From the IMG/VR virus record IMGVR_UViG_3300043473_000069, positions 36,669 through 100,668 of that record: DNA of 64,000 bases; one strand, 5' to 3'. The stretch is from a virus. Lineage: Duplodnaviria > Caudoviricetes. A program made the translations under genes and the position numbers. Positions 18,223-27,571 of this stretch are shown here, one piece after another (the first letter of the stretch is position 1; the number at the start of each line of letters is the position of its first letter). The notes under the pieces are model-generated. The model did not search any database. It saw only the letters and a list, made by a program, of their open reading frames with translations, and was not told the origin of the DNA.

Positions 18223-19619
18223 CCGCTGTCTTCTCCAACTTCTTCCGCACGCAGTTGGCGACCACGCCGACGCTCATGGACACGGCCAAGATCACGATGC
18301 TGTTCTTCAGAGAGGCCCCTGACTTCAGCGGCAACGATCCTCGATACGCCGGTTTCGATGAAGCCGAGGACCTGTTCAACCAGTCGGGTTGGGTCCCCGC
18401 TGCTGGCACCGGCCTGCCCCTCCCGTCACCGGCCAACGACCTCACCGTCAGCGTGCGCCCGCAGGGTGTGAACCGCTACGTGATGTGGTCGCAGTACCTC
18501 CTGCCTGCCAACGTCTCGCCGGTCGAGGTGAAGGCGGTGGCCTTCGTCTACAAGGGCACCGTCGCTGGCGTCTCGGACCCGGTGATCTTCATCTCCAACA
18601 CGCCGTTCGGTGATCGTGAGGTGGTCAAGGGCAACGATGGCATCACGTCGGCGCCGGACCCCACGCTCACCGGCTCCAACCGGTGGCTGTTCTCGTGGGC
18701 CATCCCAGCCGGTGGTGTCACGCAGGTGACGGCGATCGAGGGCTCGCTGGCCCTCACCAAGAGCCCGCCGTCTTTCGAGACGAGCCACACTCAGCACGTC
18801 TGGCTGTACCCGCAGCGGGCCAACATGATCGCCAACCCCAGCTTCGAAGCGCCCGGCACCAACTTCTGGTCCTGTAACGGCAGTATCACACGAGTCGCTG
18901 AACCGGCTCCTCTGGGCGACGGTCGTCAGAGTGGCGGCGCCTGGGCAGGGCGGTTCACCGGCACGTCCCCGCTCATCCTGGAGTCCAACGTCTTCCCGAC
19001 CCAGCGGGAGGAGTACTGGACGGTGCAGTTCATGGCGAAGGGTGCAGGCACCGTCAAGGTGGGGCTCGTGTGGTGGGACGACGACTACGCCGAGACGGCG
19101 GTGGACTGGGGCACCGAGACGTGGACGCTCAACACCGCCAGCTACATCCACGTCGTCATCTGCCGCACGCTGTACCAGACCTACCAGGCGATGCTCCGCA
19201 TCGAGGTCCAGGGCACCTCCATCACGCTCGATCGTGTGCTCGTGGAGCGGGGCTTCCTCAAGGACTGGCCGTACTTCGACGGTGGCACCACCTACGGCGC
19301 CCGTGATGACTTCTCCTGGTACGGCGGTGCCGCTCGCCAGGGTGCGACGTACTCCCTCTGGTACAACAACAAGCGGGCCACCTACGGTCGGCTGTTCCAG
19401 CGGGACGTGGCTGACAACGTGCTGCTCACCGACGAGGTGGAGGCGGCGCAGGGCAAGGTCTACCAGTGGGTGCCCGCCGGGACCATCGTGGTGCCGCACA
19501 TCGACGTGCTCTACCCCAACGACCTGCAGGCCCCGGTGATCCCCAAGACGCCCGGCGTGGTCATCCCCTACCGCAGCAACATCTCGGACGCTGACAAGGT
19601 ACGGAACCCTTGGGTGTAG
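18219..19619 (+). CDS. Tail/baseplate structural protein with a CBM-like domain
   Basis: True start is probably ATG 18219 (overlap); NMIANPSFE...YFDG motif. Confidence 0.65.
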   Translation: MTAVFSNFFRTQLATTPTLMDTAKITMLFFREAPDFSGNDPRYAGFDEAEDLFNQSGWVPAAGTGLPLPSPANDLTVSVRPQGVNRYVMWSQYLLPANVSPVEVKAVAFVYKGTVAGVSDPVIFISNTPFGDREVVKGNDGITSAPDPTLTGSNRWLFSWAIPAGGVTQVTAIEGSLALTKSPPSFETSHTQHVWLYPQRANMIANPSFEAPGTNFWSCNGSITRVAEPAPLGDGRQSGGAWAGRFTGTSPLILESNVFPTQREEYWTVQFMAKGAGTVKVGLVWWDDDYAETAVDWGTETWTLNTASYIHVVICRTLYQTYQAMLRIEVQGTSITLDRVLVERGFLKDWPYFDGGTTYGARDDFSWYGGAARQGATYSLWYNNKRATYGRLFQRDVADNVLLTDEVEAAQGKVYQWVPAGTIVVPHIDVLYPNDLQAPVIPKTPGVVIPYRSNISDADKVRNPWV

Positions 19620-19632
19620 CCTCGCCCCCTTC

Positions 19633-19896
19633 ATGGTGGAGCAGGTCGTCGTCGTCTTCGGTGTGTGGGCTCTGTGGAGCCTCATCGCTGCGTTCTGGGA
19701 GGCCTCACCGTGGGTGTGGATCGTCGTCCCGCTGGCCCTGGGGGTCGTTGGACAGGTCCTGATCGACTACGACAGGTGGTGGCTGGGGATCGGCCTCGGA
19801 GGCGCAGCACTCTTCCTCATGCGACTAGCAGACCTGTTGCTGGTAACTACCGACTGGATTAGGGTCCTCGTGCTGCGGGCGCAGAGAACGAGATAG
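19633..19896 (+). CDS. Small multi-pass membrane protein
   Basis: About three hydrophobic segments and a basic C-terminus. Confidence 0.6.
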   Translation: MVEQVVVVFGVWALWSLIAAFWEASPWVWIVVPLALGVVGQVLIDYDRWWLGIGLGGAALFLMRLADLLLVTTDWIRVLVLRAQRTR

Positions 19897-19907
19897 GAGA
19901 ACCCATC

Positions 19908-20786
19908 GTGGCAATGCATGTGGTACTCGGTGACGGGGAGATGACCCGCAAGGAACTCACCGAGACGTTGAAGGACCTGTGGGACAAGGCGGGCGACGAG
20001 GCCTTCTGGTTCGTCCTGCTCGGCAAGAGCGAGCCCAGCGACACCGATCAAGCCCTGGTGTCGTGGCTGCACAAGAACGAGATCTACTACGAGATCGTGA
20101 CCGACGACGCCGACTCGGTGTCGGACGTCTACTCCCAGGCGCAGGAGACGCACACCGCCAAGAGGCTGGCGCAGAAGATCGGGAACCTCCTGCAGACCAA
20201 GCCCGAGGACGATGAGGACGCCCTGATCCTGGCTCTCTTCGTGTCGGAGGATCCCTCGGCCGAAGAGGACCGGTGGCTCAACACCATCATCCGCTCGGCC
20301 ATGGACGAGGGCTTCCGTGCTCTCGCCCTCAACGACGGCCTCGTGGAGGTCCAGGTGGATGGCGGTGCTCCCGCCAAGGAAGAGGAAGCAGTGGCCGAGA
20401 CGCCCAAGAAGACCCCGGCCAAGAAGGCTGCTGCCCGTCCGGCGGAGCCGGAGCCGGAGACGGAGCAGATGACCCTGCCCGGCACCGGGGGCTACACACG
20501 GGAGCAACTGGAAGACCTGGACATGGGGGCGCTCAAGGAGATCGCCGCCGGGATGGGCATCGAGTTGCCGCCCAGGACACGGATGAACACCTACATCGAC
20601 CACATCCTGGGCGAGGTCAAGGGCGAGGCCCCGGCCGTCGAGGTGACGGAGCCGCCCGTGACGAAGGTGATCGAGCACGAGGTCCCGCTGTCCGGCTCGT
20701 CCGGCACCAACGGTGACCTGCCCCCGGTCGATGAGATCGTGGAGCAGGTCCTGGATCGACTGGCGAAGCTCCTCCAGGAGCGGTAG
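19908..20786 (+). CDS. Hypothetical protein with a Rho-N/SAP-like helical motif
   Basis: AGGAG RBS; YTREQLEDLDMGALKEIAAGMGI motif. Confidence 0.6.
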   Translation: MAMHVVLGDGEMTRKELTETLKDLWDKAGDEAFWFVLLGKSEPSDTDQALVSWLHKNEIYYEIVTDDADSVSDVYSQAQETHTAKRLAQKIGNLLQTKPEDDEDALILALFVSEDPSAEEDRWLNTIIRSAMDEGFRALALNDGLVEVQVDGGAPAKEEEAVAETPKKTPAKKAAARPAEPEPETEQMTLPGTGGYTREQLEDLDMGALKEIAAGMGIELPPRTRMNTYIDHILGEVKGEAPAVEVTEPPVTKVIEHEVPLSGSSGTNGDLPPVDEIVEQVLDRLAKLLQER

Positions 20787-20817
20787 GCGTCACCCACCAC
20801 GCTGAGCCAGTACGGCC

Positions 20818-20852
20818 AACAGCCCCCTGCCCCTTCCGGCGGGGGGCTGTTT
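20818..20852 (+). terminator. Intrinsic terminator
   Basis: AACAGCCCCCTGCC-loop-GGCGGGGGGCTGTTT directly after the stop codon. Confidence 0.75.
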
Positions 20853-20975
20853 GCGTTCTCCGGAGGTTTCGGAATCGAAATCTCCAAGAAGGCATACCTC
20901 TGTATCACACGTAGACGGACCCCCCAAGGATCGTTGCGTCCTGTGGTGTCAATGTGACGTAGGTCACTGTCGCTT

Positions 20976-21002
20976 CTGTCAAAGATACGGTATCTTTGAC
21001 AG
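20976..21002. promoter_or_regulatory. 27-bp palindrome, candidate operator/promoter
   Basis: CTGTCAAAGATAC-G-GTATCTTTGACAG; contains TTGACA on both strands. Confidence 0.65.
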
Positions 21003-21022
21003 TGACACACAGCCGAGCAAGG

Positions 21023-22129
21023 ATGGGCGACGTGGATCTCTCCGAACTGACCTCACAACTGAACCAGGGGTACGACGTCCCCGACGATGTCATGGAGTCG
21101 ATCCTCAACCGGGACGTCCGGGCCATCGCCCTGATCGCCATCGGACTCGGCTGGCGGGTCGGCAAGGCCAAGGGGATCAACCTCACGGCCGAGGACGGCA
21201 CTGCCGTACAGCTTCCGACCAACGCCGGGCTCAACTTCAAGGTCTTCCGCTCTCGCATCCGCACTGTCGTCCGCCACGGCGTGATCCGCACCCGTCTCCC
21301 CTTCACCGAATGGGTCGAGCAGTGCATCGTGATCACCAAGCTGGAGCACTCGCACGCCAACCTCGTGCGGGAGGCAGTCGCTGCCATCACGTCGGAGCAG
21401 CACTGGCAGAACGTCGGCGGCGGTGTCCTGGAGAAGGACGACATCGTGGTCACCCACGGGAAGCCGACTCGGTCAGAAGCGAATCGGCCAGATGTGGCCG
21501 ATTCCCCTGCCCCTGACCACATCACTCGGGAAGAGCCGTGGAGCGCCCATGGTCGGGTCCGCTCCGGTGGTTCCGAGACGTACCCCAGCGACGCCGTGAT
21601 GGAGCGGGTGTGGAGCAGCGGCAAGCACGACTACATCTGCCGCTGGCCCGACTGCGACTACGTCAGCGACATCCCCCGCTCGACGGCTGCCCACTACGGG
21701 TCGCACGTCCGGGGTCAGGGCAAGGCGCCGCAGCCCGAGGCCGATGGCATCGACCCGGCGTGGGCGCCCCGCCAGACTGCTCGTATCACACGGTTGCGCC
21801 GTGAACTTGACGGAGCCCTGCTCGCCGCCCTCGCTGCTGGGCTGGACCTGCGGACCCCGGAGTTCTCCCACTTCCTGGCGCAGTGGATCATCGACCACCG
21901 CATCGAGTCAGCCGGTGGCGATGTCGATGGCGGCGAGGACGAGGGACCTCTGTCCACGGAGCAGATCCTGGACAAGATCTCCGCTCTGGCCGACCGTGGC
22001 CGCTCCAAGATCCTGCGTGAGCAGTTGGACACCCTGAACGCCCTCCTGGACGAGAGTGAGGGAGCCCGCCGCAAAGCCGAGGGGAACCTCCATGCTCTCC
22101 GGGACCTACTGAACGAGGAAGAGAACTGA
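21023..22129 (+). CDS. Hypothetical protein with a C2H2-like zinc finger
   Basis: YICRWPDCDY...AAHYGSH; coiled-coil C-terminus. Confidence 0.65.
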   Translation: MGDVDLSELTSQLNQGYDVPDDVMESILNRDVRAIALIAIGLGWRVGKAKGINLTAEDGTAVQLPTNAGLNFKVFRSRIRTVVRHGVIRTRLPFTEWVEQCIVITKLEHSHANLVREAVAAITSEQHWQNVGGGVLEKDDIVVTHGKPTRSEANRPDVADSPAPDHITREEPWSAHGRVRSGGSETYPSDAVMERVWSSGKHDYICRWPDCDYVSDIPRSTAAHYGSHVRGQGKAPQPEADGIDPAWAPRQTARITRLRRELDGALLAALAAGLDLRTPEFSHFLAQWIIDHRIESAGGDVDGGEDEGPLSTEQILDKISALADRGRSKILREQLDTLNALLDESEGARRKAEGNLHALRDLLNEEEN

Positions 22130-22284
22130 TGGCGAAGATCCGACTTGTCCTGAGCATCGACTGCGAGAACGAGCAGATGGCGACCAAGGTGCAGGACCAG
22201 TACCTGCCCAACCTCAACGACCTGCTGCAGGTCGATGGCATCTTCGCCGTCAAGGCCGAGTGGCTGGCCGAACGTGAGCAATGA
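22129..22284 (+). CDS. Small hypothetical protein (51 aa, not in the ORF track)
   Basis: MAKIRLVLSIDCENE...; TGATG coupling and GAGG RBS. Confidence 0.6.
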   Translation: MAKIRLVLSIDCENEQMATKVQDQYLPNLNDLLQVDGIFAVKAEWLAEREQ

Positions 22285-22660
22285 CGTCCGGGCCAAGCCC
22301 TGCCTGGCCTGCCCCTACCGCATCGACGTGCCCTCCGGGGTGTGGTCGTGGTCCGAGTACGAGAAGCTGCGGCCCTACGACAACCCCACAGGGGAGCAGC
22401 CGTTCGAACCGTTCGCCTGCCACGCCGGATCCGACCAGTTGTGCAACGGCTGGGCTGTGTGTCACACGACGAGGGGCAACGAGCACGACCTTCTGTCGTT
22501 GCGCCTGATCGGATACCCCGATATCCCCGTCAGCAAGATCCCCCTCCACCCGTCCGGCAACGACGCCGCTGACTTCGGCCAGCAGGACATCGAAGAGCCG
22601 ACCGACGAGGCCAAGGCCGTCGTGGACAAGCTCATGCAGCGTCACGAACGGCTGCGATGA
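22274..22660 (+). CDS. DUF6283-like Cys-rich protein
   Basis: PCLACPYRIDVPSGVW..EYEKL..YD..FACH..LCNGW pattern. Confidence 0.7.
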   Translation: MSNDVRAKPCLACPYRIDVPSGVWSWSEYEKLRPYDNPTGEQPFEPFACHAGSDQLCNGWAVCHTTRGNEHDLLSLRLIGYPDIPVSKIPLHPSGNDAADFGQQDIEEPTDEAKAVVDKLMQRHERLR

Positions 22661-22739
22661 AGACCGACTACTACCGGCTGACGCTGCTGGCCCTGCTCTT
22701 CGGCCTCCTGGCCGTTGCCTTCGTCATGGTCCTAGCGTT

Positions 22740-22958
22740 GTGACGGTGTCCTACTTCCAAGACGACGAGCACGCACTGCACACAGGGATGTTCATCGGCT
22801 CGCTGATGAAGGCCGGATTCCAGGTCATCGTGGAGATGGACGCCGAGCAGAACTACACCAACCTGATGACGATCGTCTTCCCCGGCGATCGCTTCGTGGA
22901 CGAGTTCTCCCTGCATATTGCGGTGATGCCGGGTCCAGCGGAGCCGCCTCCGGCCTGA
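22740..22958 (+). CDS. Hypothetical protein
   Basis: Coupled ORF with typical codon usage. Confidence 0.5.
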   Translation: MTVSYFQDDEHALHTGMFIGSLMKAGFQVIVEMDAEQNYTNLMTIVFPGDRFVDEFSLHIAVMPGPAEPPPA

Positions 22959-23162
22959 CCTTCGTGTGATACAGGCGTATGCCTGGAGAGTTGCTGGCAA
23001 CAATTTCGCTCTTCGTCTTGCTTCGCTCTTACCCATCGTCTACGGTGTCCCCCGTGCCGGGCGGCACAGAGAGGGAGGGAGGCGGGACGTGAACAACACT
23101 CTCGGCGGACCTCTGTTCTGCGATGCCTGGTACTTCCAATCCAACCCATAGGGAGTAGCTAC

Positions 23163-24221
23163 ATGCATCGCAGGAACACGAAGCGGGTCGCCGCAGTGCT
23201 GGCGGTGGCTGGCTTCGGCCTCGCCACCGCACACGGCGCCAACGCCGCAGACGCAGTCGCCCAGTCGCAGGGCCACCACGACGAGGAGGTGGCGCCGACC
23301 GAGTCGAGCGTCGATGACCTCGTCGTCCAGGATGCCGACGTCAGCGTGGAGGTCGATCAGTACGACCACGCCAACTCGGGCGACAACGTGGCGTTCAACT
23401 GGACGGACCAGTACAACGACTCGTGGCAGCACTCGGACTCGGATGCCAACGGCGGCGACAGCTACGCCGACGCCTTCGACTTCGACTTCGATGAGGCTGC
23501 CGATGCGTCGGCGGCGGGTTCCCCGGCTGCGGCCGAGGCCACCGCCACGGCCGACTCGACCGGCGGCGACGCCGGGACGGCCGACTCGTCCAACGGCAAC
23601 GAGGGCACCAACGACGCCACGGTGGACAACACCATCTCGGCGGGCGCTGCTTCGGCCACGAACACCATCACCGGTGGCGTGACCCAGACCCAGGACAACA
23701 CGTCGGCCAACACGGCGACGGCGACCGGCGGAGCGGCCACGTCGGCCTCCTCGGCCGGTGGCGCCACGGCTGCGTCCAGCACCCCGACCCCGGCCTCGGC
23801 CGAGGTCGAGGCGACGGTCATCCAGAAGGCCAGCACCGACATCTACGTCAGCCAGGGCGCCAGCGCCAACAGCGGTGGCAACGTGGCGGTCAACGTCACG
23901 TCCCAGGGCAACTCGTCGGGCCAGGGCTCCAGCAGCGATGCCAACGGCGGCAACTCGTCCGCCGAGGCCTCGACGCCGGAGGCCAGCACGGCCAGCACGG
24001 GCGCCTCGTCGGCGTCCGCCTCGGGTGAGGCCACGTCGGCCGGTGGTGCGGGTGGCGAGTCCACCAGCGCCAACACCAACGTGGGCGCCAACACGGCGGC
24101 GGCGACCAACAGCATCACGACGGGTGCGGCCACGGCCAGCAACTCGGCGTCGTTCACGGTCAGCCAGAGCCAGACCAACAGCAGCACCAACACGGCGGAG
24201 GCCACGGCCGACGGCGGCTGA
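23163..24221 (+). CDS. Secreted Ala/Ser/Thr/Asn-rich repeat protein
   Basis: Signal peptide; duplicated ANSG(D/G)NVA(F/V)N..SDANGG..I(S/T)xGAA repeats; GGGAG RBS. Confidence 0.75.
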   Translation: MHRRNTKRVAAVLAVAGFGLATAHGANAADAVAQSQGHHDEEVAPTESSVDDLVVQDADVSVEVDQYDHANSGDNVAFNWTDQYNDSWQHSDSDANGGDSYADAFDFDFDEAADASAAGSPAAAEATATADSTGGDAGTADSSNGNEGTNDATVDNTISAGAASATNTITGGVTQTQDNTSANTATATGGAATSASSAGGATAASSTPTPASAEVEATVIQKASTDIYVSQGASANSGGNVAVNVTSQGNSSGQGSSSDANGGNSSAEASTPEASTASTGASSASASGEATSAGGAGGESTSANTNVGANTAAATNSITTGAATASNSASFTVSQSQTNSSTNTAEATADGG

Positions 24222-24240
24222 TCTCTCTCCACTGTGAGGT

Positions 24241-24273
24241 GACAGGGGCGGGGGCTTCGGCCCCCGCCCCGTC
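24241..24273 (+). terminator. Strong hairpin (terminator or attenuator)
   Basis: GGGGCGGGGGC-TTCG-GCCCCCGCCCC with a cUUCGg loop. Confidence 0.7.
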
Positions 24274-24295
24274 TCTGTTGAAGGGCGGCTACGAC

Positions 24296-26395
24296 ATGTA
24301 CAGGACCAAGACCATCGTGGGGGCGGCGCTCGTCGCCACGATCACGATGTTCACGACGACCGTGGCACGGGCCGAGGGTGAGGATCCGGCCCCCACGACC
24401 ACGGTCGTAGAACAGGAGGAAGCTCCCACCACGACGATGCAGATCGTCGTCCCCGTGGCTGATCCGGAGCCTCAGGCCGCTGAGCCTGAGCCCGCACCGG
24501 CCACCACCACGCCGACCACGGAGGACACCAAGCCCCCCGTGGTCGAGCCGGACCCCAACATGGAGCAGATGCCGGTCATCGTTGATGACTCGGCCACCCC
24601 GGCGACGGGGTCCATGGTGGAGGTCACGGCGCCGCCGACGACCAACGTCCAGCAGACGCATGATCAGGAGACGGTGATCACCGGGACCCAGGTGGCGCAG
24701 GCCACCACGGGGAACAACACGGCGATCAACGACCAGGATCAGCCGAGCGGGGTTGCGGTCGGGGCTGGTACCTCCGTATCGACCGGCGAAGCCGATGCCA
24801 TCGGCAGCCGGGACGAGAACACGGTGACCCAGACGGCGGACGTGGTGCTGACCGGCGAGGCCGTCGCCAACCTGCTGCAGATCGCTCTGATCCTCAACAT
24901 CGGAGCGGCCCTGGCGAACAGCGGGTCGAACGGCGTCCTCTCGACACCAGGAGGCTCCAGCAACCCTGGGGCCATCGGTAGCGGTGACGCCACGGCGATC
25001 GGCAACTCGATCGCCAGCTACATCACCCAGGCGGCGAACACGACGGCCGACAACGCCGTCGATGACTCCGCCTCGCAGTTGGCGATCAGCCTGTTCCTCG
25101 GGCTGGCGATCGCCAACAGTGGTACCAACTCGGTCCTCGGGAACGGCGTCGCCGGGTCCGGTGGCGGGATCGGTACGGGCGATGCGATGGCGATCGGGAA
25201 CGACTCCATCACCGACATCACGCAGCGGGCCATCCTGCTGGGTGCTGATCAGGCGACGCTGAACGTGCTGCAGCGGGCCACGGTGCTCAACCTCGGGTTC
25301 GCCCTCGCCAACAGTGGCCTCAACGACATCTCAGGTGTCGCTGGGAGCCTGCTGGCGGCGAGCGACGAAGAGGATGACCTCCTGGCCCAGCAGTTGTTCA
25401 GCATGCTCCTGCCAGCGCTCCTGCAGAGCTACGGCTATGGCGCAGGGTCGGGCACCATCCAGAGCGGTGACGCCGCTGCCATCGGCAACCAGAGCGACAC
25501 GCAGATCCTCCAGACGGCTGGGGCGATGGCGACGGGGGACGGGATCGCTTCCATCCTCCAAGACGTCCTGGTGGCGAACGTGGGTGGCGCTGCGGCCAAC
25601 TCAGGGCTCAACAGCCTCGGGTCGGCCAAGACGCTGGACCCGCAGACGGCCACAGCGGTCGTCCAGATGGCTGCGTTCCTCGCCCAACTGCTGGCGATGG
25701 TGCACCACTCATCGAGCACGGCCACGCAACTGGCCGCTCAGACCCAGAGCATCCAGATCCCCTTCGGGGACCTGATCTTGACGCTCGACGGTCAGTTCGG
25801 TGCGATGGACACCTTCCTGCAGCAGGGTGAGGCGAGGGCCAACATCCGGCAGATCAGCATCATCGTCAGCCTCGGTGTGGCGCAGGCCAACAGCGGCCTC
25901 AACGCCGTGGCGACGATGTCGGACAGCAGGTTGCTGGCGGCGGTGAACGCCGTCCTCCCCGATGTCATCGGGTCGGGCGACGCCGACGCACGCAACCGGA
26001 CCGTGGTCCAGATCTGTCAGCGGATCAACTCCATCAGCGTGGAGTGCCTGGCCCCGCCGGTCGATGAGCCGGAGACACCGGTGACTCCTCCGACGCCAAC
26101 GGGTGATACACCGGTTACGCCACCGTCTGACCCCGGTATCCTCCCGGACACAGGCGAGGCTCCCAACACGGTGATCATGCTCGATCCCGAGCCGATCCCG
26201 CAGGGGTTCCGGGCGCCGACTGCGGTGCCCACGTCGGACTCGTCCACGCACGGACGGCAGGGGCTGCTGGCAGTCAGCGGCTCCAACGTCGGCAACATCC
26301 TCTGGGGTGCCAGCATGCTGGTCCTCCTGGGTGTGCTGCTGGCGTGCCTGGGCATCCGGCGCAGGCCGGTTGTCGGTACTCACTTCCGCAGCTAG
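24296..26395 (+). CDS. Secreted repeat protein with a sortase-type C-terminal anchor
   Basis: Signal peptide; repeated ANSGxN / IxSGDAxAIGN units; C-terminal LAVSG, TM helix and RRR. Confidence 0.75.
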   Translation: MYRTKTIVGAALVATITMFTTTVARAEGEDPAPTTTVVEQEEAPTTTMQIVVPVADPEPQAAEPEPAPATTTPTTEDTKPPVVEPDPNMEQMPVIVDDSATPATGSMVEVTAPPTTNVQQTHDQETVITGTQVAQATTGNNTAINDQDQPSGVAVGAGTSVSTGEADAIGSRDENTVTQTADVVLTGEAVANLLQIALILNIGAALANSGSNGVLSTPGGSSNPGAIGSGDATAIGNSIASYITQAANTTADNAVDDSASQLAISLFLGLAIANSGTNSVLGNGVAGSGGGIGTGDAMAIGNDSITDITQRAILLGADQATLNVLQRATVLNLGFALANSGLNDISGVAGSLLAASDEEDDLLAQQLFSMLLPALLQSYGYGAGSGTIQSGDAAAIGNQSDTQILQTAGAMATGDGIASILQDVLVANVGGAAANSGLNSLGSAKTLDPQTATAVVQMAAFLAQLLAMVHHSSSTATQLAAQTQSIQIPFGDLILTLDGQFGAMDTFLQQGEARANIRQISIIVSLGVAQANSGLNAVATMSDSRLLAAVNAVLPDVIGSGDADARNRTVVQICQRINSISVECLAPPVDEPETPVTPPTPTGDTPVTPPSDPGILPDTGEAPNTVIMLDPEPIPQGFRAPTAVPTSDSSTHGRQGLLAVSGSNVGNILWGASMLVLLGVLLACLGIRRRPVVGTHFRS

Positions 26396-26417
26396 AGTTG
26401 CTAGCAAGCGGGAACCC

Positions 26418-26453
26418 AAAGAGGCCCACTCCCAATCGGGGGTGGGCCTCTTT
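26418..26453. terminator. Intrinsic terminator, possibly bidirectional
   Basis: AAAGAGGCCCACTCC-loop-GGGGTGGGCCTCTTT. Confidence 0.8.
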
Positions 26454-26549
26454 CGTGTCCGGGGGTATGTGCGGTACCGTGCCCGGACAAGCAGAGAGGC
26501 CGGGATGTTCACGGCCCGGCCTCTCCAAGATCCCGAAGGACCCAACTCG

Positions 26550-27461
26550 ATGGCAGAACGTACTAGAAGGCCGACCCGCTCACAAGTCTTCCGCTTCCTG
26601 AGAGAGCTTCAACGACCTGAGAGCATCAGCCGACGCCAGTGGCCGGGCGTCAAGGCCTTCCTCTACGTCGTTGCAAGGGCGTACCCGCACCCCTACAAGA
26701 GCCAGGCGACCCTGGCTGACGAGATGGGTGTGACGGTCCGTTCAGTGAAGCGGTACGTCCGGTTGGCGAGAGACGCAGGGTTGCTAGTAGTAGAGGCAGA
26801 CGCCGGGATGAAGCGTCCCTGGAGCCCTCGTCGGACCAACCTGTATCACATCATGTGTGATACGAAAATGTCCCCTTCCAAACAGGGCAAATTGTCCCCC
26901 AAAGAAGAAGGGATACTGACGTATCCCTCCCGCCCAGCGAAAGGTCCTCCGGACCAGACTTCGTCTGGTCCATCGGCCCGGCCCGGCCAAGCCGGGCCAA
27001 CAAGAGTCCGTAGGATCCCCCGGATGCCAGAGCCCGCCCGCACGGCCAGTGAAGCCATCGCAGCAGCCAACGAGAAGGGTCGTATCACACGGCGTCCGAG
27101 GAAGGGCGACAAGGATCCCTCACGGCGGATGGAGGAGCACTTCCTCAACCAGTGGGACTGGGTGGTGGAGTCGGTCCCCTCCCTGGCGCCAGTGCGAGTG
27201 CTCGACAACCGTCACGAGCCGAGGGGGTACCTCCGTGCGACCTTCTTCGCTCCCTCGGCCGGACGGACGTACACCGAGGACGAGGTGCACGAGTTCATCG
27301 ATGAGTTCATGAAGGCCGTGGTGCGAGGGCTGCGGCCGAGGCCGCAGCAGTCGGCGTGGAAGCTCTTTACCGGGTGGTGGGGGCGCAAGCCCGTCGCCAC
27401 GGACGCCGCCGCCGTGGCCGGTGAGTACTTCCGCTTGACGGGTCCCGCCGACCCGGCGTAG
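26550..27461 (+). CDS. HTH replication initiator-like protein
   Basis: SQATLADEMGVTVRSVKRYV..ARDAGLL..TNLY winged-HTH pattern; first gene of the replication module. Confidence 0.7.
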   Translation: MAERTRRPTRSQVFRFLRELQRPESISRRQWPGVKAFLYVVARAYPHPYKSQATLADEMGVTVRSVKRYVRLARDAGLLVVEADAGMKRPWSPRRTNLYHIMCDTKMSPSKQGKLSPKEEGILTYPSRPAKGPPDQTSSGPSARPGQAGPTRVRRIPRMPEPARTASEAIAAANEKGRITRRPRKGDKDPSRRMEEHFLNQWDWVVESVPSLAPVRVLDNRHEPRGYLRATFFAPSAGRTYTEDEVHEFIDEFMKAVVRGLRPRPQQSAWKLFTGWWGRKPVATDAAAVAGEYFRLTGPADPA

Positions 27462-27571
27462 CGTCACAACCCTTCACCGAGTACCAGTCCCCCCAGGGCC
27501 AGCGAGCGATTGCAACGGTCCTGGGGAAACCCCTGGGGGGCGTCTCGGCTGAGGCCGACAGAAAGGTACTG

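Noticed and set aside
5063-19619. Extracellular contractile injection system or tailocin instead of a phage
   Set aside because: Neck and head-joining genes, a full replication/recombination module and a lysis cassette indicate a phage. Capsid and terminase genes are presumably outside the window.
22959-23162. 62-codon ORF or riboswitch in the leader of the secreted repeat protein
   Set aside because: Codon usage is atypical and I could not match the sequence to any known RNA family. It is treated as a promoter/leader region.
26843-26863. CRP site or DnaA boxes as the explanation for the dispersed motif
   Set aside because: The half-sites are in the opposite arrangement to TGTGA-N6-TCACA, and the motif does not match the TT(A/G)TCCACA DnaA box.
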